From the NCBI GenBank assembly GCA_964016885.1, contig OZ024743.1, positions 126,046,001-126,110,000 on the forward strand: 64,000 nucleotides of DNA, in the 5' to 3' direction. This DNA is from Eledone cirrhosa. Taxonomy: Eukaryota. Made by a program: the position numbers and the translations under genes. A model generated the notes under the pieces. The model searched no databases and was not told the origin of the DNA. It saw only the letters and a program-made list of their open reading frames with translations. The first letter of the stretch is position 1. Each line of letters opens with the position of its first letter. Positions 41,726-55,660 of the stretch are shown here, piece by piece.

Positions 41726-44700
41726 ACTATTTATATATATAATGCTATAATAAACTGAACAAAACTTGGGCAATCTCTTCATATTCAGGGTGAACCTTTT
41801 TAGTGCTATGGCCTTTTTGACTATAGAACAAAAGGATCAGAAGAGCATTACATTTTTAGGATAACACACGCACGCACGCACACGCGCGCGTGCACACGCA
41901 CACACAGAGGGACATTTATATATATAGCCCTACACAGTGTTTTTGGCTACCCCATTATGTCCGATATATTGACCTAGCAGTGTCATATAAAGGTTAAATT
42001 AAATCTTTGTTGATCCAATAAGCCTTAACAGCAGTTAAACCAAGAATTTGCAAGGATTTAGTAATACAACTAATAACTTTCTCATTATTAAAATGGCATT
42101 TGGAGCATAACTTAAGAAATGTTTTATCATAAAATTATGATGCAAGGTTTTTAGATAAATATAAACACTATAAAATAAAGTTTTATATTGTAGAGTAGAG
42201 GTAGTTTAGTATCAGAATAGTTAACGGAAGGTCATGCATGAAGTTGGGTATATATATTGTTAGAAATGTAATACAAGTGAACCCAAAGACCCATTCTTCA
42301 TTGACACAACAATGCTACTCTAAGCAAGTATTTGGCACAAGGCCAGAAATTTGTTGGGGATGAGGGTAGTAGATTTAATCAGCCTCACTACTTCACTTTT
42401 ATTTATTCTATCAAACTCAGAAGGATGAAAGGAAGCAAGATTTGAACTCAGAATGTAAAAGACATATTAAGTAAATACTGTAAGGTATTTACTCTGGCAC
42501 AAAGCCATTTTTTATCACTCCACCACCCTAATAATAATAATAATAGTAGTAGTAGTAGTGGTAGTGGTGATAATAATAATCAAATAAAAAATATGTATGC
42601 TAATCTGCCTATATTTAACTTGCCACTTACATCTAGATAGAACTTATCTTTTACGTTTCCAACATCATCTTCCTCATATGATCTGTATCTTTTCACTTAT
42701 CTATTTTTTGCATAGTTGCATAAATTCAATAAGTCTGCTTGACCAACTGTACAAATAAATATCTGGTAAGATTGAACAAAAAAAGCATAAGTAATTTGGG
42801 TGAAGGTTTAGCAAAGTGATGGTCTTTGTTTATATATCAACAATAAGGTGAACAGTAAACGGACCTCCTTCTGTTTCAATGATGATTGTTCTAGTTGTTT
42901 GATCAGCAGAATAGCCTGCTCACGAAATTAACATGTAAGCGGCTGAGTATTCCACAAGCATGTTATCCTTAACGTATTTCTCAGGGAGATTCAGCATGAC
43001 AGAGTGTATAGCATGCTTATCCCTTTGAATTACAGGTACAGTTCATCCAACTGTCTTCCAAACAGTTTCTACCTACTCATATTCCTTCACAAGGCTTGGG
43101 TTTACATTTGCACAAGATCTCATGCAGTGGCATCGAATCTGTAATCTTATGATTGTGAAGTGAACTTCTTAACCATTCAGCTATGCCAATTTGTAACTAC
43201 AGAAAAACCCAAACCCAAAAGCCGATCAAAGTAGATTTAAAATTACAAGATTTATTATATAATTCCAGCAATATTTTATTTGTTATAATGGGTATATTTA
43301 TACTGTTTATTCAGAATAGGGTAGTGTTCAGGACCATTTTCAAGGCCTTCAAGACTAGTGGATGTGTGAGTGGTAGGAAGGAAGGTATCCTCAAGTCAGA
43401 CATGACCTGAATGCTTGCAACAGAGTTGATTCTGTTGTAGGCGCCCATGGGCCTGGTGGTGAAAAATTAAGTTTACCACTCAAGTAGGCCACTGTGAGAT
43501 TTGAGCTCAGAATACAAAGAGCTGGAAAAAATACTGCAAAGCATCTTGTCCAGTGCTCTAATAATTTTGCCAATTCCTTGTGCTGAACTAGCACTTTATT
43601 TATTAACCTCAAAAGGATTAAGTTCACCTTGGCAGGATTTGAACTTCGAGTGCATAGAGTCAGAACAGCTCTGCTAATTCATTGTCTATACACAGTTCTT
43701 TAGAGTATTAATTTTGTTTTGGGATTATATTACCTGTTTAATATAATTTATTTTATCAACTTTGAAAGAGTGGAAGCTATTTTTATACAAACCCCAAAGT
43801 AGTTTATGAGATGATTTACACAACATTTTAACATGGTTAGGGAAGAGCATGCAAATGTATTTCTCTGATTTACTTTTATTCATATACTTTACATTTCATA
43901 ACACACTCAACTTATCCCTAGATTTGAAAATATTTCTTTTTAAACAGCCCAGAAATCCCTGCAAATACTTCATATTTAGGTTTTTCTATAATCCAGTAAG
44001 AAATCAAAACAAGTTATTTTGTTTTCTAACATCTATTAGTTTAGAATAGGTACACTATATCATATGTCTCATAAGAAGTGACCAAAAGGGTTGGTGTCAG
44101 GAAACGCATCCAGCTGTAAAAGATTGTCACAACATGATAAGTATGATTAAACCTGTTATGGTGTCTGCAAGGCCTTAAAACATTTATTGTATTTGATGGC
44201 ATAGAAAACACTTTTTTTTTAAATCAAAAGAGGTTTAAATAGAATTATCTGAGTCTTATATGTGAACTTAAGCATACTGTTGGCAAATCTTTATCAAAAC
44301 ACTATGGATAACCTAACTTTGTAATACAGTTTTTCTTAATATTTTCTGTTGAAATATCTCTGGGTCTTAAATGTCTAGTGGTTAAGGTGTTGGACTAGGA
44401 GGCATGTTGTGTTCTTGAAAAAAACACTTCATTTCACATTGTTCCAGTACACTCAGCTAAAACTGAGTATTAGTAGTATCTGGGGGTTAACCTTGAGATA
44501 AAATAGCATCCTGTCCAGAAGGGAGTATTGTACTCTCAGTTGCTTAATGCTGATGAAAAATGAAACTGGGATAAACACCTCCCTGATGAGCCAGGCTTGG
44601 GACAGACTTTAACTTTTATACCTTATATGTCATCAAAACAAACAAATAAACTACTTGCCTTCAAAGTAGTACCTACACCCTTCTCCCAGCACCTGTTCAA

Positions 44701-47654
44701 GAACCTTTATTTTGTTTTCTCACTAACCAGCTTTCACTTCAGTACATATAAACCCATTCCCTAAAGTGCTTTCTACTAGTCATTGCCAGGAATAGATTAC
44801 TCACTCTTCTTTTCTCCATTTCACAAATTACATTTTAACCCTTCTGTGACCCTCATGAAATACACCTTGTTTTCATTAATTAATGAAATCTCAAATTAAT
44901 ATTACTACGATAGTAACTTAACGCATACTTCTTATATAAATTATGTTGTAAGTTTTAAATTAAAATAAAAATCCTTTAAAATGAGAGATTTCATTTCGTG
45001 GATCCAGAATCTGTTTTGGTCATGTTGGTATCAACCCTTTCATTTCCATATTTCTAATAAAATATGCTTAAGTTTTAAAATACAATTAAATTTTAAAATA
45101 ATCAAAAATCTGTCAAAGTTTAGTAATATAACTAGCTTTCTCATTAAATTTGTGTTTAGAAGATAACTTTAAAAAGTTTTTTTAATAGAATATTAAAAGG
45201 AAAGGTTTAAATTTGAATATGAACACTTTAAAATAAGTGTTTTGTATTTTTAATTTTCCTTACAACATAGAATCAGGGGTGATTTCAGGCAAGTTGGTAT
45301 CAATAAGGTTATCAACATTTTTTTCAACCCAATTAATTTGTGCTATTTACCCCCATTCTCTTTTGTTCAGTAATTTGAGTTTACAGCTTTACCATAACAC
45401 AGCAACTGTCAAAGAAGAAATTTTACATTATTTATGGAAAATATCATGAAAATACAATTTAATAGAAAAAGACAAAAAGAAAATTTAGATTGAGAAGAAT
45501 GGAATATGAAATAGGAAAATATAGAGAAAAAGAGAAAAAGAAAAAAGAAAAAAACGTGAGGGGGGGGGGGGGTCGCAAGACTCTAGTCTCACAGAAGAAT
45601 GGGAAGGGGGAAGACGAATGGGCTCTGGGCCTTGGGTGCAGCGGAAGAGTGGTTGCATCCGACAGGCAAGACTGCGAAAGCATTATTATTATTATTGACG
45701 CATAGAGTTACGGCCCTTGCCATTCTGAGTTCAAATCCCGCTGAGGTTAACTTTGCCTTTCATCCTTACGGGGTCGATAAAATAAAGTACCAGTAATACA
45801 CTGGGTAATTGCTGGCCTTGTGCCAAAAGTAGAAACAATTATTATTATTATTATTATTATTATACGGTGGATTGGCAGTATCGGTAGAGGGTCGGACGCC
45901 ATGCTTTCCAGCATAGTTACGTCCCTTTACGATCTGAGTTCAAATCCCACCGAGGTTGACTTTGCCTTTCATCCTTACGGGGTCGATAAAATAAAGTACC
46001 AGTAATGCACTGGGTAATTGCTGGCCTTGTGCCTAAAGTAGAAACAATTATTATTATATATCTTCAAATAACAATTATAGCTTAAAACATTATTTCACTT
46101 ACATATAAAAAAAAAACAACAACTAATAATGAACAAATACCAATATTAGGAGTCAATAAATGTGAACACTTCAATGTGACTCATGCAAATCCAAAATAGA
46201 CAGAAAACCATTTTGTATTCTAATAAAATAGGCTTACTTCAAATGGTCTTCTCAGTTTCAGATAGTTTTTAATTACAATTAAAAACAATATATACAAATC
46301 CAGAATTAGTAAATTTACAACCAGGGAACCTGTGGTTTAAGGTGTCAATTGATAAAAATTATTTTAGTATTTGTGTTATTGAAAGGCCAAATGACTATAA
46401 ACTTGTCCCTGTTGTATAAGTGATATGTAAGAGAATAAAATATGATTTGGTTATCTTCCTTATTTCTGCTTGTATATAATAATATTCAATAGGGGTAATA
46501 TTATGACCCTCTATTTTTAAGATGTATAACAAATAGCTCTCTTTTATAGGTATCAGTATAATGATATTTGCAATACAAATCTGTTTTTGCATCTTCATAT
46601 TAAATAAAGTTGATTTGTGATCTATTTTTCAAATTTCTAACCCCTCTATTGTGCCCATGTCATTTAACTAGAATGTGATGTCTTTAATAAATATAATTGA
46701 TTCACACTTTTAATACATCTTCAATATTAAAATAAAATTATTTCTCTGTTCATAATGTGTTCACAGTGTGTTAATTTTGTGTTAAAATCTTAAATATAAA
46801 TTTTATTTGAGACTTTTCACCACAAAGGAATTAGTATGGATTTCATTACTAGCTTTTCTGAAAGGGGGAAAAACTTCTTTATCTTTTTTCAGTGTGAACC
46901 CATAGATTTTCTACATTATGGCATCAGTACCCTGAAAAAGGTAGTATGTTCTGTGTGTTGGTGTGCTTTTTAGCCCAACTTTGTCTTGTTCCTTCCCCAT
47001 TTTACATGAAATGTTGCCTATTTGCTATAATTCACTCACTCACAATACACAATCTATTGGCTGTTCATTTCACTTTAAAAACACTTCTGCTTCATCACCA
47101 TCCTCATCTCTATTTCATCATTTTTATCATCACTATCTCAACATCATTGTCAGCATTGTCAACACCTGGACAACAACAATGTATGGAATGAGGCGATGAA
47201 TTTATCATCAAATTTTGGAGATTGACTAAACAATTCAAACAGTAAGAACTTGTGTGTGTGGAAAATGGCTATGGAAAGTTTGTATATATATATACCTAAC
47301 AGTTGCATATATTTATTGATTGCATAAAACTAACAGTTATATACCCATAACACTACTACTTAAAATAAGATCTTGAAATAATCCACTTTTAAATCATATT
47401 GTATTTCATTGTATATTGTATAATTCTACTAACACAAGGAAATATTGTATCAGTTCGATCATAAAGAGATAAAAATAAATAAAACACACACACATATACT
47501 GCAGGTAGAATTCTGTCATTGATGAGGAATCAAATTGCATGTGTACAAGTTCAAAATGCCATCCTGACCAAAATATATCATTTACTGTTTTAAGCAATTT
47601 CTCTCTCTCTCTCTCTCTCTCATTTATATAGATGTATTATATACAATACGCACC

Positions 47655-47880
47655 TGTGAATGCACGTGGCTTAGTGGTTAGAGAGCTGGATTCACAATCG
47701 TGAGGTTGCAAGTTAAATTCTCGGACTGGATGATGCGTCGTGTCCTTGAGCAAGACACTTTATTTCATGTTGCTCCTTCTGCCAGGAATTGCGATCGGTA
47801 GATAGTATCAGCAATGGAAAGATCAATGGAAACATTGTTTCCTGGCAAGCGAATGAGGTCTGGGATCATGTAGATAGATC
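47655..47880 (+). mobile_element. tRNA-derived CORE-like SINE (related copies ~14527-14660, 23752-23960, 36280-36390, 44375-44610)
   Basis: tggcttagtggttagag head, B-box-like segment and gtgtccttgagcaagacactttatttc core. Confidence 0.65.
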
Positions 47881-48343
47881 AGAGCAAGGGTGATGTATAA
47901 TACATACATATATATACACAAACTAGCAGAAAACTGACCACAAACATTATTCTAAAATAGATGTTACTCTCATTCCATGCATGCCACTTACATATAATGC
48001 ATGTTTCACACATACAATGGTTAATATTAGGAAGGAATGTTAGCTGTAAAACACTTGATTCAGACGATTGGCTTCAAAACTCTAGCTAGCCATCTTCATT
48101 CTAATGCAGGGAAACAAAATAATGAATCATGCAAAAAGTATAAATTTGAAATTTCGTTGTTCTAACGCAAATGATTATAATAATAGTAAATCACTATAAA
48201 TAGTAGTTCAGAAAATCACGTAAAGTAACCCTGAATATGGAAAAAGGTGGGTAGAGGTGCTTGCAAGGAATGGGACTTTGCATCTCTCAGGTTCAATTCC
48301 TTGCAGAGTATTTTACCCAGTTTTCTCAACTTATATATTTCTA

Positions 48344-48377
<34 letters not shown>

Positions 48378-51300
48378 TATGTGTCTGTATTGTGTTTATG
48401 TTTATGGTGTCACTGTTTGCTTATGTCTTGTAACAGCAGTTCGATATAAAGAGATTGATAAATTAGTCTCAGACTTGACAAAACCAAGTACTGTGAGTCA
48501 ATATGATCAACTAAATCCCTTCAGGTCTCTAGTTTGAGGATACCTTCTTCTTTCCCCAGCATGGTTGCAAACTAAGAATGATAATAGGATTTAATTGCAT
48601 AAATGTTCAGCATATATATATATACAAATGACACACAGGCTTAAATGTATGAGTAACTTTGAAGAAATAACTATTTACAGGGGCATTAGAATGCAGGATC
48701 TTGTGATCAGAAAGTGTACAACTTATTGTAGCAACATGACTGAAATAGGAAATGCATTGTGTGTATGTTTTAAAGAATTATAGACAAAGATCATCATCAT
48801 TGTCATTTTAACATCTGCTTTCCCTGCTAGCAAGGGTGTGGCATATTACTATGGTCAATTAAATGCTATTCTTATAGTAATGACTGGCAAATTCTGTTGT
48901 TTTGTGGAACATTATGTTCAGAATTTTATTGGTGCTGTTGCACTTAGTAATGATGAAAGAAAAGCAGCATAGAAGTATCATTACAAGACAGTGTATGAAT
49001 GGGATGAAGAGAGCTTATCCATAGATAAGACAGCGTGAACAGTAGAACAGTGAGGGATAGTTGCCAAAATACATAAAACCAGAAAGATGGTAGAATTTAG
49101 TACAAGTCATTCCATTAACTAATCAGATCATATAGGAACTTATTATCTCTGAAGACTAGTCTAGAAGTACCATTATTAACTTTTACAAAAACTCTAGAGA
49201 GAGCAGATAACAGGAGACCAGCTAACAGACCAATTAAGAAAGGTGGTTGAGTGGTTCATAACAAAGCTAGCCTAAGATAGTATTCAGTTGGGTGAAATCC
49301 AGTTTTTGTGTGTCTGTATAACTACGTATAATTTCATATCAAAGTTAAGTTTCTATAGGATATGACTGGGATGGGCGTAATCCAGTATATACAGAAAACC
49401 CGATACCATTTTTTTTTTTTTTGTTAACTATTTTACAAGAAACAAAGAAGAATTCAACTCATTCTCTCCTTGAAAATGAATAGCCAATGAGAAATGATTT
49501 TTTAAAATGTCAGAACTATTAAGAAAATATTTATGTTTAAATGAATGTTAAAAATTAGTGATATATAACAAGGCAAACTATATATAACAAGACAAATGTC
49601 AAACAATCTAGAAATTTTATTATTTAACATGCACTGTAATTCTAAGAATTATTCTCAAATGGTTTGCTTCAACTTATATTGCATGGAAATAGCCTATATA
49701 TATATATATATATATATATATGGGTGTGTTTCATTATATTTGCAGTGTGGTAATATTTGCATGAAGATATCCTTAATGTAACATTGTTTTTTCAAACTAT
49801 GCATGTTTGTCTCCAAGTGTGTCTTTACATTGACATCACTTTGGTAGCCAATGTCATTTATTTATGTCCCTCTCAAACAATATGTCCCACACCTCAACTG
49901 TTCAACACATGAAAATCACAGAAACAAGTATCTTGCTTGAAAAAACAAGTAAATGTTGATGTCAACAGGGGAAAACAGACCTAAAACCAATGATGATGAT
50001 GTAGAAATATATAAAACCTGTAGTTTGTAATAATGGAATTTGAAATCTATTTCCTTGGATTCTCGCCCATCAAACAGAAGAGTAACTCTGAAGACAAGCA
50101 CTGATATGAGGTAGACGGTACTCAAGTATTACTGGTGGCCCACTAGAATGCACTCAATTCATGTTATAAAGTGCTTGATATAAAAGGCGTCCAGTCATAA
50201 AAACTATTCCCCAAACATATATACAGTAAAGATGGCCAGTTGTATCTGTTGTGTGTTCTAGATGAAGAAGGATCACAAATTGTGGTGAGACACTGTCAGA
50301 GCCATTCAACTCGTGCCTACATAGAAATTCTGATGTAGAATATTGATGATGATACATGTGTATCATCATCAATAGTCATCCCAGCACTCTTTAACTGCTT
50401 TTTATCACATCATTCTTACCTACGTGTCGCATGATATCCCTCTTCTGCCATCTTTCATCAACTGGGTACATGCTAAACAAGGTGTCCACCCTTTCTATAG
50501 CTATGTACCTACCATCTTCATCTTTACAATCTTATGAAGTTATTAGTTGGTGTTACATTAACCATCTCTCTCTCTCTCCCTCCCCCTCTCTCTCATTGGT
50601 ATTCTACTCTTGCCACTTGATTTAGTAAATTCTATGTGAGGTTTTGTGTTCAAAAGCTAGGAATTTACTCTCAGATATAGTGGTACTGTGTCAACATTGA
50701 TGTCAGTAAAGTAATAACTATCTTATGGAAGTGTGTGTCAAGATACAGCTAGACATATATATATTGTTTTTAAAATATCTCCATTGGTTCTTCTGCTTTC
50801 TTTATGCTCTCCCAAAACTCCACATCAAATGGGCCATTACATCATTACATGTAACCATAGATCCCACATATTTCAGTTGACAAGTGGATATTATTATTTT
50901 TTCCTTCTTTGCTACAATTGAATGGATTAACATAATTTATATTCATAATTTCTGTCTTTGAATAGTTAATAACCAGACCTACCTTGCTTCACTTTTTTTA
51001 TCAAACCATCCAGCATTAGTTGCATTGTTTCTGTTGTTGTAATTAACCCTAGATCATCAGCATAATCTAGATCAGCTGCTGTCTTATGATCTGTCCCGAG
51101 ATCTCTATTTCTGTTTGTGTGTAAAAAGTCAGTTATAGCACAAAATGTTTTGATTTATGTACTTTTAAACAAAAGCCCTTTTACTTAAAATCACTTCCAG
51201 TACATTTTGGGGCCCTGGAACTTCTAAAGCAGGAACATTTTTCTCTTTATTTTATTAACATTGAATAATTCATACAAGAGAAACAACAAAGTAATAAACA

Positions 51301-52223
51301 CAATCAAAACATACAAAAACAAACACATATAATACATACAATGAATAGATATACTAACAAGGCATGTGCATAATACGAAACACATATACACACAGATATA
51401 ATAGAAAATGTGTACACAAAGAGAAATACCAAAACAGACAAATACATACAAACACTAGATGAAGACATACACATAACTATGTAACATTTAGCTTGGGATT
51501 GTAACTAAAACTTAACTAAGTTTCTTATATGAAATTATGATGAAAGGTTTTCAGATAAATACAACTACTTTAAAAGAAACAGTTCAGCATTATAGGCGCA
51601 GTGACTGGTGCCAAATTCATTTAAGTGCCAGACAAATTCTAAGCAGTATTTATTCCAGCTCTTTACTTTCTGAGTTCAAATCATGTCAAGGTCAACTTTT
51701 CCTTTCATCCTTCCAAGGTTGATAAAATAAAATAGCTGTTAAATTATGGGATTAATATTATCGATTTTACCTTTCACTCCTCAAAATTACTGGTCATATG
51801 CCAACATTTGAAACCATTATAGAAACAGGGGCAATTCCAGGCAGTTTGCAATCAATCAGTTAATAATATGTTTGTATTGTTCCTTTTGGTTTTATTTTTA
51901 TAAAGAATATGGAATTTACTTTCATTTCTTTTGTATTTTACTTTTGTCAGTTCTGTTTTTTTTGTTTTTGTTTTCATTTCTTTTACATTTTACTTTCACT
52001 TTTTTAACATTCTAAAATAGGATTTAACCTATTTTTATGTATCAACGTTGTTAATATGTATTGTTTTCTAAACTGTATGTATGTGCTGGTGTTCATGTCC
52101 TGTAAGTTGGACAACCTGAAGTCAGTAATATATATATATATATATATATCAATAATAATGAGTTCAAATCTCAGGCGATCATTTACAATGAAATAGCTCG
52201 AAGAAAGACTATTCTGAGCCGTG

Positions 52224-52473
52224 TAATATAGGTTAACACAAATCAATATATTTGATAAACACAAATATCCACAAATTTGTCCAAGCACAACGGCCATTGC
52301 CAATACAATTTGTCTTTGTTGATTTAAGATGTATTATCTTAAGTCATGATAGGCAAACTGTAATATTATTATTAGTATATTTCTATCTAGCTAACTTGGT
52401 CATTTACAATACAAACATAAATATGAGGATATTTGTGTTTATCAAATATATTGATTTGTGTTAACCTATATTA
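52224..52473. mobile_element. 250-bp MITE-like element with 47-bp perfect terminal inverted repeats
   Basis: 52224-52270 is the exact reverse complement of 52427-52473. Confidence 0.7.
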
Positions 52474-52617
52474 TATATATATATATATATACACACAAAA
52501 TCCTCAAACCCCTTGGTGCCGCAGTCAGGATTTTAAATATCTCTATGCCCACTGTATATCTCCCCATGTATTGAGTACTCACATGATTAGTGGTCTCCTC
52601 AGTCTCAACTCTGCAGA

Positions 52618-52665
<48 letters not shown>

Positions 52666-52923
52666 GTGTCTGTGTGTGTGTGCACACGCACATTCATGTA
52701 AGTATATTCATCTATTTTACTTTACACATTTTACTCTATGTAGTAGTTTCATCCAGCACATGCTAGCATGGAAAAATAGATGTAAAATCTATGGTGATGT
52801 GTGTATATGTGACTTTTTTTTGTGATGCATAAAGCAAGTCCCTAAAAAGCCATGTCCATGATGCTCATGCTTAAGTATCAAGTGATGGCATTACTAGAAA
52901 TCAAGTTGCAGCCATCATCATCA

Positions 52924-53975
52924 TCTACTATATAAATTGGAAGTGGTCGGATGTTGTATATTTAAGTAAGTAGGTGTAGTTGGATAAACGTCGAAACGGC
53001 TTGGTGGAATGCAGCGAAAATGTACACAGTTATGCAGAATGACCCGAGGAGGCGTTGGGTCGACTTTCAAGCTACAAGCTTCCATGGTTACGGAGAAAAT
53101 TGATGAAACAGGAATTTCCCATTTAAATTGAACTGAGAGTAATCTGTGAACGCAGAAGTAAATATTTCGAGAAACGTTGCAACCGAAGGAAAACAGGAAG
53201 ACGATATTTTGGTTCGTGAAGACGTTCCCTGGCAATGAACAGAAAAAAAGCGAGGATAATACGTCGTTATGTGGACCGAGAAGAACAATTTCATGCAAAG
53301 ACAAGACTAAGTTTATGGTATAAGTGGAGTCGTTAGACTAATATTCTATTTAAAATAACAGAATGATTTCCCGCCCCAGAGTTTAAGAATGATGTAAATA
53401 AAATTGAAAACGAAAATGACAGAGGTTATTAAAATAGTAAAAGTAAATAGTGAAGATTTAGGCCAGTACGTACGTATGCCCCGATGGACATACACATACA
53501 TACGCACACACAAATACATACACACCCACAAACACGCGCGCGCATAAACCTTATGCATTTCTACAGTATTTTCACCAAACTTAAGACATAGGTTACTTAT
53601 GTACTCCGGATGGTCATGGGCACTGTCATTTTTCAGATATTGATTATAGGGCCTCCCAGCAGATAACCCCCTTTAACCACTTCCTTGGAGTCGACTGAAG
53701 TACTGCAGTGCAATGCAACAAAACATCATAACTTCTGGAGTTCGCAACCGATTTTCACAAAACTTGACACATGGGCTACGTTTGTCCTGCAGATGAATGT
53801 GAACTCTCAGAATTGGCACATATTGAGTAGGGGACCCCTGGGGGCAGGAACCCCCTTTTGGAAAAAGCCGATGATTTTGTAAAAGTATAGTTTTCGAAGT
53901 AGCACTGAAGTATTGACATAAATGGTATACACAACTGCTATTTAATACCCGAGCAACGCCGGGTACCACTGCTAG
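52924..53975 (+). mobile_element. Non-autonomous Helitron (~1.05 kb)
   Basis: A|TCTACTATATAAA 5' end. 3' CCCGAGCAACGCCGGG (53948-53963) followed by CTAG|T (53972-53975), nearly the same 3' terminus as the large Helitron. Confidence 0.85.
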
Positions 53976-54470
53976 TATATATATATATCTGAAGAAAACA
54001 AGAAATGAACAAACAAGAGGATGCATTAACATAAAATCGTATTAGTTTCATGCTTAAAAGAAAGAGTGAGTTACATATTCAACGTATCGAGCATTTGCCC
54101 TTCATCAGAAAAGCGCAAAGAAAATAAAAAAATAAAAATGAATTTTTAAATAAAATTAGAAAGAAACGAAAAGGGGGAGGGGTGGGGGTGGAGGAGTGGT
54201 CCGGGGTGCGGGTTTTTGGGGTCAAGGTGAGGGGTGTAGATGTGTAGTTGGTATATAGTAGGTTTTGAGAACCTTGAAAAAGACTTGTTTGTGCAAACGC
54301 GCGTGCAGTAGTAACACATGAAAATGATTACCCAAAACTATTGTAGAGATTCTTGTTATGGTTGAATCAGTGTCCTGTTACTGTTGAGTTTCTCCTGTAG
54401 TACTGTAATATCTCATGTTTCTTTCTACCAGTGTTGAAATCTGTTTACTTTCATTACTGATTTTTTTTAA

Positions 54471-54689
<219 letters not shown>

Positions 54690-54715
54690 TAACTTTCCAG
54701 CAGAATAATTCTTGA

Positions 54716-55110
54716 TTTTTTTTTTTTTAGATAATAAAATAATTTATTTATGGAATATATCACGTAAATACAGTTTAATAGAAAAATAAAATAATAAAAT
54801 TTAGATTGAGAAGGAAGAATGGAATGTAAAATAGGAAAATATGAAGAAAAACGGAAAAGGGAGGGAATGGCAAGGACTGTAATGTCACTGAAGAATGTGG
54901 AGGTGGGGGATTGGGCTCTGGACCAAGGGCGTGGCGGTAATGGGGCTGCGCCCCACAGACAAGACCACAAAAGCGTTCCTGTGGACAATAACCACCGACA
55001 CCCACTGCAACAGCCATGCCACCTCACAGGGCTCCTTCCTCAGACAGGCTGCCAACATTTTGATCTTGCAGAGGAGCTTGACTGTGTGGGGTCGAAGTAC
55101 ATACTAGTAC
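54716..55110 (-). mobile_element. 3' end of the same CRE-like family, with poly(A) tail
   Basis: Reverse complement shares cctgtctgaggaaggag and encodes ACLRKEPCEVAWLLQWVSVVIVHRNAFVVL. T-run at 54716-54728. A shorter homologous copy lies at ~45458-45685. Confidence 0.65.
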
Positions 55111-55660
55111 ATAATCCATTGTGTTTTACTGACAGAATATTTGGTTTCTTCACTAAACTTTAACAATGTTTCTGGATTATATATATTAGTGTACTTGTGT
55201 GTTATGTATATATATAACCCATGCTAGCGTGGAAAATGGGCGTTAAACGAAGATGATAATGATGATATATATGTGTGTATATATATATATATATATCATC
55301 ATCATCATCGTTTAATGTGCATCTTCCACGCTAGCATGGGTTGGACGGTTTTGTTCCACTAGAGGCAAGATTGGTCAGGTGACCGTGTCTCGCTCGTACA
55401 GAACTGTCCTTGGCAGGTTTTCTATGGCTGGATGCCCTTCCTAACACCAACCACATTTACAGTGTGGACTGGGAGCCTTTTTACTGTGTCTCCTAAATGA
55501 CCACTTTACATGTGGACTAGGTGCTTCTCGTCGTGTCACCGACACAACCACTTTACAGTGGATGGAAATGGGAGTATAGAGTAGGGTGTGTGTGTATGGG
55601 GGGGGGGGTATGTTGGGTTAAGAGGTGCCTACTGACTGTAGGTTTAAGTTTGTAATTATA

